DNA of 64,000 nt from the human T2T-CHM13v2.0 reference genome, Homo sapiens, in NCBI RefSeq assembly GCF_009914755.1, contig NC_060937.1, one strand, 5' to 3'. This document shows, one piece after another, positions 48,747 through 63,860 of this stretch. Numbering within the stretch: position 1 is the first letter of the stretch; every line of letters begins with the position of its first letter. Below the pieces are notes generated by a model. That model saw only the letters and a list, made by a program, of their open reading frames with translations. It ran no database searches and was not told where the DNA came from. The translations under genes and the position numbers were made by a program.

Positions 48747-50790
48747 TTAGCTGCAACTTCTCTGCATCCTACTAAAGCGTGATTCAAGTAGGATCCAGAC
48801 CCGACAGCCAATTACTTCTTTCATCTCTGAATATCTCTAAAACAATAAAAGGCACTGTGTTTGAGTAGCTAGTCAAATCCAGTCCCGAGGTCAGCGCTGT
48901 TCTAATTAAAGTGACCTCACCTGAGACAGGAACAGTGTCCGTCTTAAACAAAGCACAGCTGAAAGCAATCCCCAGGACAACTAAAAACATCATGAATTTG
49001 GTCTCTAGGTAAGGAAAAGAAAACTTGCTTAGAAGCAAGTCTTTCCCATCTCCTTTCGCCTCTCTTGTGTTTAGTGAGATTTTTGTTGAAAGTCACAAGA
49101 AATCCTATTGTCTTCCTCTTTCCTCTCTTTTCCCGCTACAGTTCCAGGAGGCAAGTTTCACCTGACTCAGAATCCATCCCTTTTATAATGGCATTAAAAG
49201 ATGACTTCAGGGTGTATCATTCCTTGATGGATGGTTTTTTTGTTTTTGTTACGACGAAATATTGCTGAGTTTCCCCTAAATTTGACCGGGATTTGCAACT
49301 GGGAAACATATAACTACCAGCCATCGTTATTAGCATTCGTAATTATCACCAGTAATTGTTACCACAGTTTTCTAACAATTACCGCTTTGAGCAATAGAAT
49401 CCGAGGACAGTGCCATTCATTTAGCAAAGCAGTGTGGAGTTTCCATTTAACCAGACTGTCCAAGCATGAGCAGAAATGAAAACCAGAAATGCTAAATCTA
49501 TATTTAAATGCAGACAAAAATCCTGTGACAAAGTCGTTCTTTCCCAGCTCAAATCAAAATTTTAAACAGTTTACCTCCTTTATGTCTTCCCAAGAGTTTT
49601 ATGCAACAAACTTTCAGTGTCATGACTAATAGCGGCTCTTGCCAAGGCTGACTCTTAAAGCCTCTCCTCCGCCTTGTGATCTGCAGCGCACGTCTTATTA
49701 TGGGGTGCATTATGCAGACGCCAGCCCTGTGATGGGACAGGCAACCCCGCTGTGAGAATGCCTATCAGAGCTTCTTTTAAGGCCCTTTCTCAATTGTCAG
49801 CAAAGTATTTTTTAAGGTTAAAAGGTGTAAAATTATTCTGAAATGCTTTTCTGACCTGTCGCCTATCACTGCAAAGAGCTATAGTTCATTTTTTTTTCTA
49901 AAATTGTATTTTTTGAAATGCAGTAATATTATAAGAATAAGCTTCATATGAGGAAAATAGTCTCCTGAAATGTTCGTGGTATTTTTTTTTGCATGCCTTC
50001 TTCTCCAATGACTGCAATACTAATCATTGTTTTATGCTTAGAATTATAATTTTGATGCAATTTTTCTTATACCAAGCCACCATTTCTGTGGTGAAATTAA
50101 TATAAATGACCATTACTTTTTGCATCTCTTTCTTTTTAAAAAACAATTCCTGTTACAGTGGTTGCTTCATATTCCATAATGTCAAAGTCAAATTCACCAC
50201 TGTCATGAGATGTAATCTCATTATTGAGAGGCGTACAGGCCGACGAGCTGTCATTCTCAACGCCGCACCTGCACGTTGATTGAAACCACCCTGGAAGTCA
50301 GCGGGAAAACCAGCAGACGGTTTGGCCTTCCTGCCCTCATCTGTTTCGCAGCTCCCGAGACTTGCTTGGCCAGAGAAGTTGCAAGCGTGGCAGATAACGT
50401 AGGGTCAGCAATCCCATCATTGTAGATGCCTGGCCTGTGAGGCCCCCAGCTGCTGTTTTCTATAGGGTGGAATTCTGTTATTTTGCACTGTTTATGCTCC
50501 AATAAAATGTCTGGTAGGTTTTGGAATCTATTTTTGGGTCCCAGGTATAAGGAAAATCAGTGGAGAAGCTCGCCCCAGGGAGGACAGCAGGCCTGCCTCA
50601 CTCAGCTTGCAGCAGGCATGAAGACGGCACCAGGGCCAATGTGAGGGGAGCTAACGTGGAAGAGAACTTGCTGTATTTCCGTCTGCCCCCTTCATGCACA
50701 TCAAACAACCTGCGTCAGAATTGGGCTTCCTTTTGTTGCTTTTTGCTTTTGCACTGCTCCTGCAAAACGAATCTTCCTTCCTTGTGCAGC

Positions 50791-50979
50791 GTTCAGGGAC
50801 TAGGTAGAAGATGCTCTCTGAACTTGTGACATGTGCCTCGCTAGAGCACGCCGTCTGATGACGCTCTGTGGATGTTCCTGTCTTGGTTCAGGGACTAGGT
50901 AGAAGACGCTCTCTGAACTTGTGACGTGTGCCTCGCTAGAAAACGCCGTCTGATGACGCTCCGTGGATGTTCCTGTCTT
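50791..50979. repeat. 95-bp tandem duplication
   Basis: GTTCAGGGACTAGGTAGAAGA occurs at 50791 and 50886. Confidence 0.93.
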
Positions 50980-51316
50980 TCTCATTGATGGAGCGGTTCC
51001 CTTTAGCTGCATTTGCAGTCATGAGGGATCATGACCTTATGCTTGTTCACTAGTTAGCAGTAGAAAACCACCTGGCATTTTACAGAAAAGCAACAGGTAA
51101 ATTTACCTTTAGAGCCAATGCTCTTTGAAATCCAAGGCATTTTATGAGCCCTAAATTCTCTGACAAGAGACAGAGGGACAGGGTACAGCACACTTTACCC
51201 GACAACCTGTGTTCTTTCCTCTCTCCTTTGTCCTCCATCTTCTAAAATGAGCATGGGAGAGGAAGATAACCCTTTCCCTACATTCCGTTCTCCAACTTCT
51301 GTGTCATTCTTCTTAC

Positions 51317-52705
51317 TGAGAGGTGACAGCGTGCTGGCAGTCCTCAGAGCCCTCGCTTGCTCTCGGCACCTCCCCTGCCTGGGCTCCCACTTTGTGGCAT
51401 TTGAGGAGCCCTTCAGCCCCCCACGGCACTGTGGGAGCCCCTTTCTGGGCTGGCCAAGGCAGGAGCCCACTCCCTCAGCTTGCAGGGAGGTGTGGAGGGA
51501 GAGGCGCGAGCGGGAACCAGGGCTGCGTGCGGCGCTTGCGGGCCAGCTGGAGTTCCGGGTGGGCGTGGGCTTGGCGGGCCCCGCACTCGGAGCAGCCAGT
51601 CAGCCCTGCTGGCCCCGGGCAATGAGGGACTTAGCACCCGGGCCAGTGGCTGCGGAGGGTGTACTGGGTCCCCCAGCAGTGCCAGCCCACCGGCGCTGCG
51701 CTCGATTTCTCGTCAGGCCTTAGCTGCCTTCCCGCGAGGCAGGGCTCGGGACCTGCAGCCCGCCATGCCTGAGCCTCCCACCCCCTCCATGGGCTCCTGT
51801 GCAGCCCGAGCCTCCCCGACGAGCACTACCCCCTGCTCCACGGCACCCAGTCCCAACGACCACCCAAGGGCTGAGGAATGCGAGCGCACGGCGCAGGACT
51901 GGCAGGCAGCTCCACCTGCAGCCTCGGTGTGGGATCCACTAGGTGAAGCCAGCTGGGCTCCTGAGTCTGGTGGGGACGTGGAGAGTCTTTATATGTAGCT
52001 CAGGGATTGTAAATACACCAATCAGCACCCTGTGTTTAGCTCAAGGTTTGTGAGTGCACCAATCGACACTCTGTATCTAGCTGCTCTGGTGGGGCCTTGG
52101 AGAACCTGTGTGTCCAAACTCTGTATCTAACTAATCTGATGGGGACGTGGAGAACCTTTGTGTCTAGCTCAGGGATTGTAAACGCACCAATCAGCACCCT
52201 GACAAAACAGGCCACTGGGCTCTACGAATCAGTAGGATGTGGGTGGGGCCAGATAAGAGAATAAAAAGCAGGCTGCCCGAGCCAGCATTGGCAACCCGCT
52301 CGGGTCCTCTTCCACTTTGTGGAAGCGTTGTTCTTTCGCTCTTTGCAATAAATCTTGCTACTGCTCACTCTTTGGGTCCACGCTGCTTTTATGAGCTGTA
52401 AGACTCACCGCGAAGATCTGCAGCTTCACTCCTGAGCCCAGCGAGACCAAGAGCCCACCGGGAGCAACGAACAACTCCAGACACGCTGCCTTAAGAGCTG
52501 TAACACTCACCGCGAAGGTCTGCAGCTTCACTCCTGAGCCAGTGAGACCATGAACCCACCAGAAGGAAGAAACTCCGAACACATCTGAACATCAGAAGGG
52601 ACAGACTCCAGACGCGCCACCATAAGAGCTGTAACACTCACCACAAGGGTCCGCGGCTTCATTCTTGAAGTCAGTGAGACCAAGAACCCACCAATTCTGG
52701 ACACA
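51317..52705 (+). mobile_element. LTR12C-like (ERV9) full-length solo LTR
   Basis: Starts TGAGAGGTGACAGCGTGCTGGCAG and ends CCACCAATTCTGGACACA, with a perfect 4-bp TSD TTAC. CpG-rich 5' half, repeated CCAATC boxes, GATAAG and AATAAAA promoter elements. Confidence 0.96.
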
Positions 52706-53704
52706 TTACCAGTATGGGACTGCATGTGTGAACCAAATAAAAGACTCCACATCAAAGGAAGTCGTGGGAAACACTGCCAGGATCAGGGCTGAGACAAGAG
52801 GAGACTCTGGGGAGTGGGGCACAGTAGCCACACCGCCCAGAGGACGTGGTGGGCTTGGTGTCACCGAAGCTGGGGCGGATTTGCAGGAAGCTAAGGAAGC
52901 TTGAGCCCACGCGTCCATCGGGCCGAGGCCGTGTGCACACAGCCCCATGGGATTCCACAAGGCACAAAAGTGTGGCAGCCGTAATGGATAGGGTCTGTTT
53001 CTTCCCACCCAGTCCCCCACCCCCATGCCACTTCCCCGTGCCAGGTGAGGACCACAGGGCTGCTGGCACATCTGGGGCCCAGCCATGGTGACATGGCTTC
53101 GAAGATTCACACCACTTAGATTGGCAGGATATTCTGTGAGGGCCACGATAAATTCCGAGATGCATTGATGGCAGATTGGTGATGAGAGTCGGCAACTGAA
53201 GGAATAATTGGGATTCCTCACAGAATGGGAACATTTTAAATTTCCTGAAAACTTACAGCTCTTTACAGGAAAGAAACTCGACAGAGGTTCTCCCCAAATT
53301 TGCTAACAATCTTTAAAAAATTTAGGAGATGTTCCAAGAGCTGGTTGTAAAACTAAAAGAAAGTTTTCTAAAGGATCAATCATTAAACACAAATTCTGAT
53401 CCACCAGAAGGAGTAGGCTAATTTGTATTTTTCTCCCTGTAGGAAATATCAGGGTCTTCAGCCAAACAGTGGGGAAAGGGTGTTAGAGCGGGTCAGACAC
53501 TTCATACCATCCCCCTGATTTCATGGTGTCTTAGGTATTTATCAGTGTTTCAAAATTTATAAATTGCTATGATGTCTTTTCTCGCTCTAAACAAATGCCA
53601 TTTTCATACCCACTTGGGTCTCACTTTGCTTTCTTTTTCCTAAAGAGAACTCTGGAGTCATGGAAACTTCAGCTCTCAGTCTGGCTCTGCCCACCTCATG
53701 CTAA

Positions 53705-54064
<360 letters not shown>

Positions 54065-54404
54065 TGAAACCCTCACTCTTCCTTCCGTGGGTAAAAATAA
54101 AGGCGATTTTGTTCTTCTCTGTGTTAACTTGGAGTCTCACTCTGTTTAATGGGTGTCCGACACCACCAACGCTCTGGCCATTGTTCTGAAGGAAAATAAA
54201 TAAAACTTCTCTATGACTTGTTAAAAACAAAGATCAAATTTTGCCAATGTAAAAAAATGTTACTCAGTGTTTTTTTTAAACATTTAGCGTGCTATGTAAT
54301 TCTGTTTTTTTCACTTCTCTAATTCAAACACTTTGTGTCTGTTGACAGGTCACTGCTCATTAGCACCCAACTTGCCACTTTCATGGAACATTGCTGGAGG
54401 GGGT

Positions 54405-54740
54405 GTATTTGTGTATATGTGTGTGTGTGTGTGTGCATGTTTATGCATGTACATATATGTGTGCATATGCGTATATGTGTGTGTATGTGTGTGTGCTTCT
54501 GGGATATGCGTATATGTGTGTGTATGTGTGTGTGCTTCTGGGAGACCGAGTCTGTGTGCCAAGGCTAGCATCTTCTTAAGATTCCACTGTTATGCGTCTT
54601 ATGGGTGTGTTTTTCTGTGTATGTATGTATGCTTATATGTGTTTATATGCATGTGTATATGCATGTATGTGTTGTGTGTGTTCTTTATGTGTCTGTATGT
54701 GTGTTGCGTATACATGTGTTTGTGTGTGTGTGTGTATGGT
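54405..54740. repeat. (TG)/(TATG) low-complexity tract including a ~39-bp duplication
   Basis: 'atatgcgtatatgtgtgtgtatgtgtgtgtgcttctggga' occurs twice. Confidence 0.88.
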
Positions 54741-54758
54741 TTTGTCTTATACTCATAA

Positions 54759-55103
<345 letters not shown>

Positions 55104-55499
55104 CAAGCCCATTCATTTATAAGCCCTGGCTGCGACATGTTCTCTTAACACAAAGTTGCTGCTTCCAATTCTGATGTATAACGAAGGAGTCATAAAAAGA
55201 CACTCGACTCGGCACACAAGGACAAGCCCTCCCAGTCACCAGACCACACGACCTGGAAGACTTCACTTCCCTCCAGGGTCCTCATTTACAGTGTGGTGAC
55301 CTCATTACCCACCTCCCAGGATAGTTCATCATTAATAAATGAGCCGTCGCTAGAATGCCAAGTGCTCCCCACCTGCAGGGGCGCTCCTGTCACCAAGGCC
55401 TGAGCTCTGGAGCATTTGTACATTTCATGTGTGGCTGCATATGGCAGAAGAATGTGAGAATTAGCACACAATCTTCCAAACCAGACCTAAATATGTTTG

Positions 55500-55665
55500 C
55501 GTGTGGTGTCACACAGTTATGTCTTTTAAGGTCTCAATTTCCTTCTTTGAGAAATGACGAAAATCACAGAGTCTGCCCCTCATGGTTGTTGTGAGGATTT
55601 AACATGATCTTGGACACAAAGTGCTCAGCACAGCACCTGGCACACGGCGACTGCTCAAAGGTGCT
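55500..55665 (+). mobile_element. MIR SINE
   Basis: 'cctcatggttgttgtgaggatttaacatgat...aaagtgctcagcacagcacctggcaca'. Confidence 0.8.
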
Positions 55666-58040
55666 GACTGGTGTCCTCTGGTCATAAGTCACATGAGCAT
55701 TTGGAAACACTGTGTTCCATTCATTGATCTACCACCCTGGAAAAAGATTTAAAAATCAATCAACAAACTGTTCCTGAAAACTTACCATGGCTTGGCCCTG
55801 TACTGGAAGCCAATAAGACGCACGAGGCGAGGCCCTTGGGCAGTGGCTCAGGCTGTGCAGCACCCAGGCGAACTCCAACCGATGTGGCCCCAGGGACTCA
55901 TGGGGTTAGATTGCAAATGGCAGATCCAAAATCATTTTGTATGTTTTTGGAGGAAACATTTGTCCCTGAGATCATCACTAAAGTGGAATTTCATCAACGG
56001 TAATTGCTGGGTACGTCCTTGATAGACCAGCAATGCTCATGCGTGGGTAGCCATTGTCCTGTGTATACAGCATGTGCAGGACTCTTACTTGCTCCCTCCT
56101 ACTCAGTCTTCATTGAGAGGGAAGAAAGCGCCCTTGGAGAAGGCCAGATTTGCAGCCAGATGCGTGTGAGGCATGGCTGGGGACCCAGGCATGGCCGTGT
56201 TGGGATGGCCTGGAGGGAAGTGCCCAGGAGAATGACAAGAGTCACTTCATCACTGTCACAGCCAGGAAGTCTCCCTGACCCCACGGCATGCAGCATCCCA
56301 CTATCATGGTGATACATCTCTGCTGGTTACATATGTACCTCCCCCACAGTCTTTGATCCTGAATGCACAGCTCTCCCCTAATCACTAGCCAAGAGGACTC
56401 TGCCTGCCTGGTGCTTGAACAATGTAAGCAATTTTCCAGACACACTGCCCTCTGAAATAATTGAATGTCACATGAAAAGGCCAGGATGTGTTGATGAGGG
56501 CCCAAGTCAACCCCACCATGGCCAGCAGAATAACGCATGGTTATCTTGGTGACATCTACCCTGACGTGTCAGTCATCTGCACCCATAAGCCAGCACTGGG
56601 CGGCTGAAATACAGACCATGGATGATCCTGTCTGGCCGTTCCCACTACAAACAAGGGACACACGCCCTTTGCGTAGTATCATCAGAGTCCTTTGCTAAAG
56701 CCATAATTGCCTTAAATAGGAACTGGCAGAAGTGAGGACACATGAAATATGATTTGAGAAGGTGCCTGGGTTGGGGCCTTACTTGGGGAGAAGAAGTTGA
56801 GTTCTAGATGCTTTAGTGACTTCTGAGTCTGTGTCAGTGTCAGCGCATTGTCCTTCTCCACTCACGGAAGCTCACAGGCCCTAAACTAAGCTCAGGTGCT
56901 GCTGTCCATCCAAACCCTCCTCACTCCTCTCCTCCTCCTGCCCCTTTGGTCTGACCCAGATGCGCTCACAGCATCTTGCCTCACCCTATCCCTATGGATC
57001 CTAGGACTGTGAGTGAAACGCCAGTGGCATCTGAAAGCATTTAACATAGAAGCTAGAGCTGCACAGCCGGCCTCGATTCACACAGCACAGGCTGCTCCGT
57101 GGGGTCACACAGGGCCCTCGTGATAAGAATACAACCAACAACGGCATGGTCACCACACTGTATCAGGAGGGAATGACTCAACGGTGACTTCCGAGGGTTT
57201 GCGGAGGGAGCTTAAACCATTTCCCAGGAAGGGGGTCGATCGTGATCCCAATGACACAATCCCGAACTCCATAATCCCGAATGTTGACATCCCGGAAGAT
57301 CAAAATCTCAACAAGGTACTTCTGGAAAAAATCATTTTAAATTATTTAAGACAATACTTATTACATTTTAAAAGGGGATTTATAAAACATGACAGAACAC
57401 TTGATGCAATGAAACGGCCCCTAAGAACATGCATATTTTTGCGAGCACAAACGCTCAGGTATCTAAGGACTGTTGCCTGAGTACAACAGCTATGAGCAGA
57501 CGAACCGGATTCATGAAAAAATAGGTGTAAAAGGGAAATGTGTAAACAACGTCACTGTCATTGGTCACTATGTGCACCCAGCTTTATCCTCCAGTCACCT
57601 GAAATACTGTGGCCAAGAGCCTCAGCCTTTGACAAGACCCATAAAAAACGAGATGGGTCATCTCCACACATGCGGTCACCCAAGGAGCTGAGATCTCGAG
57701 AAACTTTATCCTTCACAAACACAGATGCACAAAAAGGACATCTCTTCATTTACGGAGGAAGTTTCAGTGTTTCTGTGTACACACACACACACAGACACAC
57801 ACACACAGACACACAATGCTTACACACAAATTCAAGGTTATGATCACGCACTTTCGTGGAGTCAAATTTGCAAAAGATGCATAAAACAAAACTTTCTAAA
57901 AGTCTCCACACAATTTACACCTCCGGTATTGAAGTGATGTGAAGGTGAAATACACAGCATGGCAAATTGTAAGAAATAATGCTGACAATTTAAAATGGTG
58001 GGAGAAACTAAAAAGAAAATTCAACCTATGGAAAATCATA

Positions 58041-58940
<900 letters not shown>

Positions 58941-60499
58941 CATCTCCTTAAACCATGCTTAATTTCCAGTGAAGACCGTAACAAGGTCATCGTCCCACCT
59001 GACATGATGCAACTGTCCTGCGACTGTGGTTTCAGGATTTTAAATGTCAGGATTTTAGACTGTGGGGATTTAGATTTTAAGGATTTTGATTTTCCGGGAT
59101 TACAGCATTTGGGATTGTTCTTTCAGGATGATGATCCAGGTCCCACAGGAGGTGCCACCAGGCCTGGGCTTCTGCCTTGGAGGGAGCTGGTTTTATGCTA
59201 CTCTAAGCAGAAAGTGCCTTCTCCCTCAAAATGAGGTAAAAAAAAAAAAAAACCATTTGCCATTGATACGGACCTTAGAGGAAAGCTGTCCCCAGCAGCC
59301 CTGCAGACTTGGCGCCCCCGAGACAGGGGCAAAGACCGCAGCATCCTGCAGCTGCCTCAAAGCAGTGAAGTCCTGAAACTTTGAGTGTCAACCTCTGCAC
59401 CGTGCAAAGGCGACCAGGAAGGACTCCAGAGAGGGCCAGGCTCGGCTGGACACCAGGGCGACGGTCACTACCGGTGTTTTGTGGGGAGAGCCAGTGCTGC
59501 CGTCTGCCGCCTCAGGCTGCCCTTGCACCTCCCTGCTCAGACCCGTCACGTGTGAGCTTCCTCACAGAGGCGGCCCCATTGCTGAGGAAGAACCATGAGC
59601 ATCTCCACCCTGGAACAGTTGCAGAATCCTCCTAAAATCAAGGCCAGAACTTCACAGCCAAAACGCCTTACTTGAAATTTTTAGCTTAATGAAAGGAAAC
59701 ATAGTTGTATGGTAAGTGGTTTGTTTTATTGTATTTTAACGAAACATGTAATAAACATAACTATGTTTTCATTGTTAGACCAAAAGAATCAATCATATAT
59801 ACATATCTTTCTGGGTGAATTTTTCTCTGACAAGATTAGACAGCAGCCACCTAGAATGCCCTTGACATGTGACTTTGGCCTCCGGCTGGAAAGGAGCATT
59901 GCTCCTGCAGAAGTTCAAGGGCTCCGTGAGCTTTCCCGAGGGCTCCCCCTACTCCTGAGTTCACGTCATTTCCTTTCGCAACTCCTGGGTCTACCTGCGT
60001 GACCAATTTTTGCTAATCAGTTCACCTCTGACCAGATCACTTCTGGCCAATAACTCTACAAGCGTCATCAACCCCAAAATTCTCTGCCTGCTTCACAATT
60101 TCCACCTTCCTTCTACCAACGTGCTTTGTATTCGCTTGTGTCTAAGCAACCCTGACCAAAGGCCGTGTGGTTGTGACAGTGACAGCCGAGAGCTACTGCT
60201 GTCCAGGGGGAAGGGCATTTGAGTGGACCACACTTTTGTAAGTGGTCAGTCCATAAGTAATCATTTTATGTGTGACAGTATTTACTTCCCTTCACAATCT
60301 TCAAGTAACAAGGACTAGGGTAATTGACGTTACACAGTGAGAAATGCGTGCAACCTAGATTGACAGGATCTGCTCATTCAGAACCTAGATTCAGTTGCTG
60401 GGAGAGGAAACAGCCAGACATGAGACACTCCCTCTAGAATTACAGAACATGAAAGGCAGGTCTAGCTGCAGAAGAACATGCTCCAAAGGGCAGAGGGCA

Positions 60500-60745
60500 T
60501 GAGTTCTGTTTTCCAAACGTCATCAGATGAAATTGGAAATGCTGGGTCACACAGATTACAGAGGACAATTTTCTTTGTGTGGGTTTTTGTTATTGTTGTT
60601 TAAATGCAGAGGTTCTCGGAGACCTTTTACACATTAATACAGAGCGTTTAAGGAGACATAGTCTGAACGTTCCCCATTAATTTGACCACAAAATCTTTTG
60701 TTGGTGGTATCTCATGATGTTCCCCAGAAACTTGGAAATGCTGAA
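60500..60745. mobile_element. hAT-Charlie MITE, MER103C-like
   Basis: 'ggaaatgctgggtcacacag...tgcagaggttctcggagacctttta...atttgaccacaaaatc...ttggaaatgctg'. Confidence 0.55.
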
Positions 60746-61039
60746 CTAGATACAAACACACAAACCAGTTGGAGAGCACGTAAACATTTGACTGCTGTGT
60801 CTGAGGCCAGAAGATAGTATCTGCAGCTTCATTTTAGAAGGACAGAGGGTGGATGAAGACGGCCAGCCATTAAGATGCTGGGTGTCAACCGGGACGACGT
60901 GGGGATTACTGCACCATGTGAATACCTCACTGCGCGTGAAACATCAGCCAAATAAAATAATGGCTTAAAGCTGGGACAGGAGCTACTGTGAAGAGCAGAA
61001 TTGTGTCCCCAGAGTTCCTGCTGTCTGGAGGAATGGAAG

Positions 61040-61440
61040 TTTTAAAGTTTTAAAGATAAAATGTATTAGGTGTGAATATGAGATCTAGGATGCAAAACCC
61101 AACCACATACATCCTGACTGGGGAGTCTTCGCACCAACACTTGTAAAAACGCCTTTAGGTTTCAATCGTCAATCTACTTAAGATAAGCCAACAGGATGAC
61201 TTACCCATGATCCATAGAATCCTAGGCTGTATTGTCCGAAACGCCCTGCTGGGAGGAGGTGAAGGACCCACGCCACTCTCAAGGAGTCAGACTTCACCAG
61301 CAATGTCGCCTTCCATCGTGGGTGGCACCTGGAGAGGAATGCAGACAACTCCAAGCAAGTTCAGAGAAAGACGATCAAGACACCGAGAAGACATGGCATT
61401 GCCTCGGGTGAAAGGCAGCGGAAGAGACTGGGTTCCATGA
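61040..61440 (+). mobile_element. L3/CR1 LINE remnant (ORF2 C-terminal region)
   Basis: Colinear traces of CR1 motifs: 'gataaaatgta', 'ttaagataagccaacag' (LxxSQQ), ILGCI (ORF 61207) and 'gttcagagaaagacgatcaag' (VQRxxxK). Confidence 0.65.
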
Positions 61441-61849
61441 GAAGAGAATATCATTGTCCTCAGATGCTGGGACACCTCTTGTGGGAAGATGAGCCAGTGC
61501 TGCTCCTCAAAGCCCAGGGGAGGAGAAGTGCCGTGCCAGCGGGTGAGAGTCGCAGAGATGGCATTCCTGCTCAGCCAGAGGAGGCAGACGCCGGAGGAAG
61601 AGGGAAACCTCAGGACAGGCTGTGTTCACCTTTAGCAGGCTCAGACCACGCATCTAAAAAGACTGTTATCCGAAAAGTGTGTGTGCCCTGCGTGTAAGTC
61701 ATGACGTAATAATAAGATGAGCAGTTGAGAATCTGCACCCTAATCTGGGTGCTGGGCGTTTCCAATACGGAGCACTCTGCGGTTGTCCTTTCCCAGATGT
61801 GCCTATCCTGCTGTCACTGCTGCCAGCAATAACCATTGTTCCAAGCTTT

Positions 61850-63860
61850 TAAAATCATTTTTAATCTCAAGAGCAATCACTGGCTTTACAATAACTAACA
61901 TACAGGTACATATATATACAGGTATATACAGGATTTAGACCACACACTTATCCCTGGATAACAAATCCTACTCTACATATGCCTCTGCAAGTCACTTTCT
62001 TTTACTCAGAAACATTCCCGAGATTGTAATGGTGCACAAAGCTCTCCTGCATTTGCCGAATGCAGTTCCGCTGCAGAACGTGTTGCCACCTCCACCTCCC
62101 ACCCTTCAGGGGAATTCACAGCTTTCCAGTGGCTCACACATACGTACAGTTTTGTGAACATCCTTGTAAATGTTTCTTGGTGCGTATGTATGAGAACTTC
62201 TCAAGGGCATACATTTAGAAATTGCTACGTTGTCAGGGGTACACATACTTAATTCTAAAATCTTCTCCAAAGTGGCTGTACCAATTTGCACACCCAGGAG
62301 CAGGGCGTGAGACCACCCACCTGCTCCATGCCCTTGCCAGCATGGGATATTGTCAGCCTCTGTGGGTTTTGCCTGTGTGAAATGGTATCTCATGCTTGCC
62401 TTGATTTGCTTTTCAAAGATCTCAGTCAATTTAAGGGTCCTTTCATTGTTTTTATGCCATTTGGATTTGCTTCTTTGTGAATTGGCCGTCTGTATATTTT
62501 GCTCATTTTATAACCATTTGGTCTCTTTCTTATTGATTTGTTAAGGCTTCTTTACACCTTTTAGATAGATAATCTTTTGCTGGTTGGTTGTGTTGCAAAT
62601 ATCTTTTCCCAATTTCTGGCTTGTCCTTTTACCCTCTTTTGGTAACTTTTGACAAAAAAAGAAATTTGTTAAATTAAATGTAGTTGATTTTATTAATCTT
62701 TTCTTTTATGGTTAGTACTTTCAGTGTTTTGTTTAGGAAACCTTAGATTGTAGAGTTTGGCCTTTGACACCTGAACCTTCCATCCCTCTGGAATAAACTC
62801 TTGTTTATGGTGTGAGGTTTTTACTTTCTTCTGTTTTTTTACATGGAGAGAAATTCTATTTCTCGAGGTATTGACCTTTTGTTGAATAGGGCCTCTTTCT
62901 CTCGTGATCCTCCTGAGGTCCACAGGTCTCTTTCTGGGTTTGCACCCTTTTGTCTTTTTCTCCCTGTGCATAAGTGTCCCACCGTCTTAACTACTCTAAC
63001 TTCGTACTGAGTTGGGGGTTGTTGCACTGCATTTGATTGGTGGGGCTGCTAAGCTGGGGCTGCATTTCCCAGAACCCCCACCCCGTACAAGGTCGCGGTG
63101 AACTAGGAAGGCAGAGCAGTGGCCGACACCCCACAGGCCCACTGGCCAGGTGTGGTGCCGGACAGACCCTCAGGTGTCGGCTCTGCCCAGCGTCCTCTTC
63201 CTCAGGGTCGGCCCTGCTGACAGCAGCCCCAGGCTGGCAACCGGACGCTGCGCTGGGACCTCCGGGAACGATCTCGAGGCACCCTCACCTCCCATGAGCC
63301 CCCCAGCAATCCTCGGTGTGCAGCTCTGCAGCTGGTGGCTCCAGCTTCCAGCCCCTCCCAGCTCTGACCTCCACACCTGCTCCGGTGCTGCCGCGGTGCT
63401 GACTGGTGACTTTCCTCTGAATCTACAGCTTCTGCTCTGAACCCAAATGCCTCCGTTTCCCCCACAAGTGCACGGTCTTACTGACTGAATAAATTCCTCA
63501 TCTCACAATATTCACGGAGGTTCTGATTGCACCATGACTAATACCTAAGTCTTGATGTGTGGCTGGGCTGTTCCAAGCCCTCACCATTATGTTTCTTGTT
63601 TAGAAACATCTAGGTTCTTCCTGCTCCTGGTCAGTCTCCTCAAATGTCTGTGTTGAGGTATTCATTAGAAATGCATTACATCTATAGAGCCAAGTGACGT
63701 CACTGACACCATTGTGATACTGAGTCTTCAAATGGTGGATGTTTATTTAGGTTTTCTTAATGTCACTGAACAGAGTGCTGCAGTTTTCTGCCGTAGCCGC
63801 GCATTGCTTGTCGGTTTATTCCCGAGAACTGTGCTATTTAATCCAGGCTAAGTCACACCG
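61850..63860 (-). mobile_element. Old L1M (ME/MC-type) fragments
   Basis: ORF 62106-62429(-) QIKASMRYHFT...CWQG...HALLLGVQIGTATLE matches the L1 ORF2p C-terminus. Confidence 0.8.
63025..63491 (+). mobile_element. Probable ERVL LTR (LTR33-like) nested in L1M
   Basis: GC-rich insert in T-rich L1. 'ctaagctggggctgcatttcccagaaccc' near the start and 'ctgactgaata' at the end. Confidence 0.5.

Noticed and set aside
51247-51998. 158-172 aa ORFs and a CpG island suggesting a gene start
   Set aside because: Entirely within the LTR12C U3.
56242-56560. Possible gypsy-type integrase trace ('GVDLGP')
   Set aside because: Only a short motif, with no supporting downstream DDE residues in any frame.
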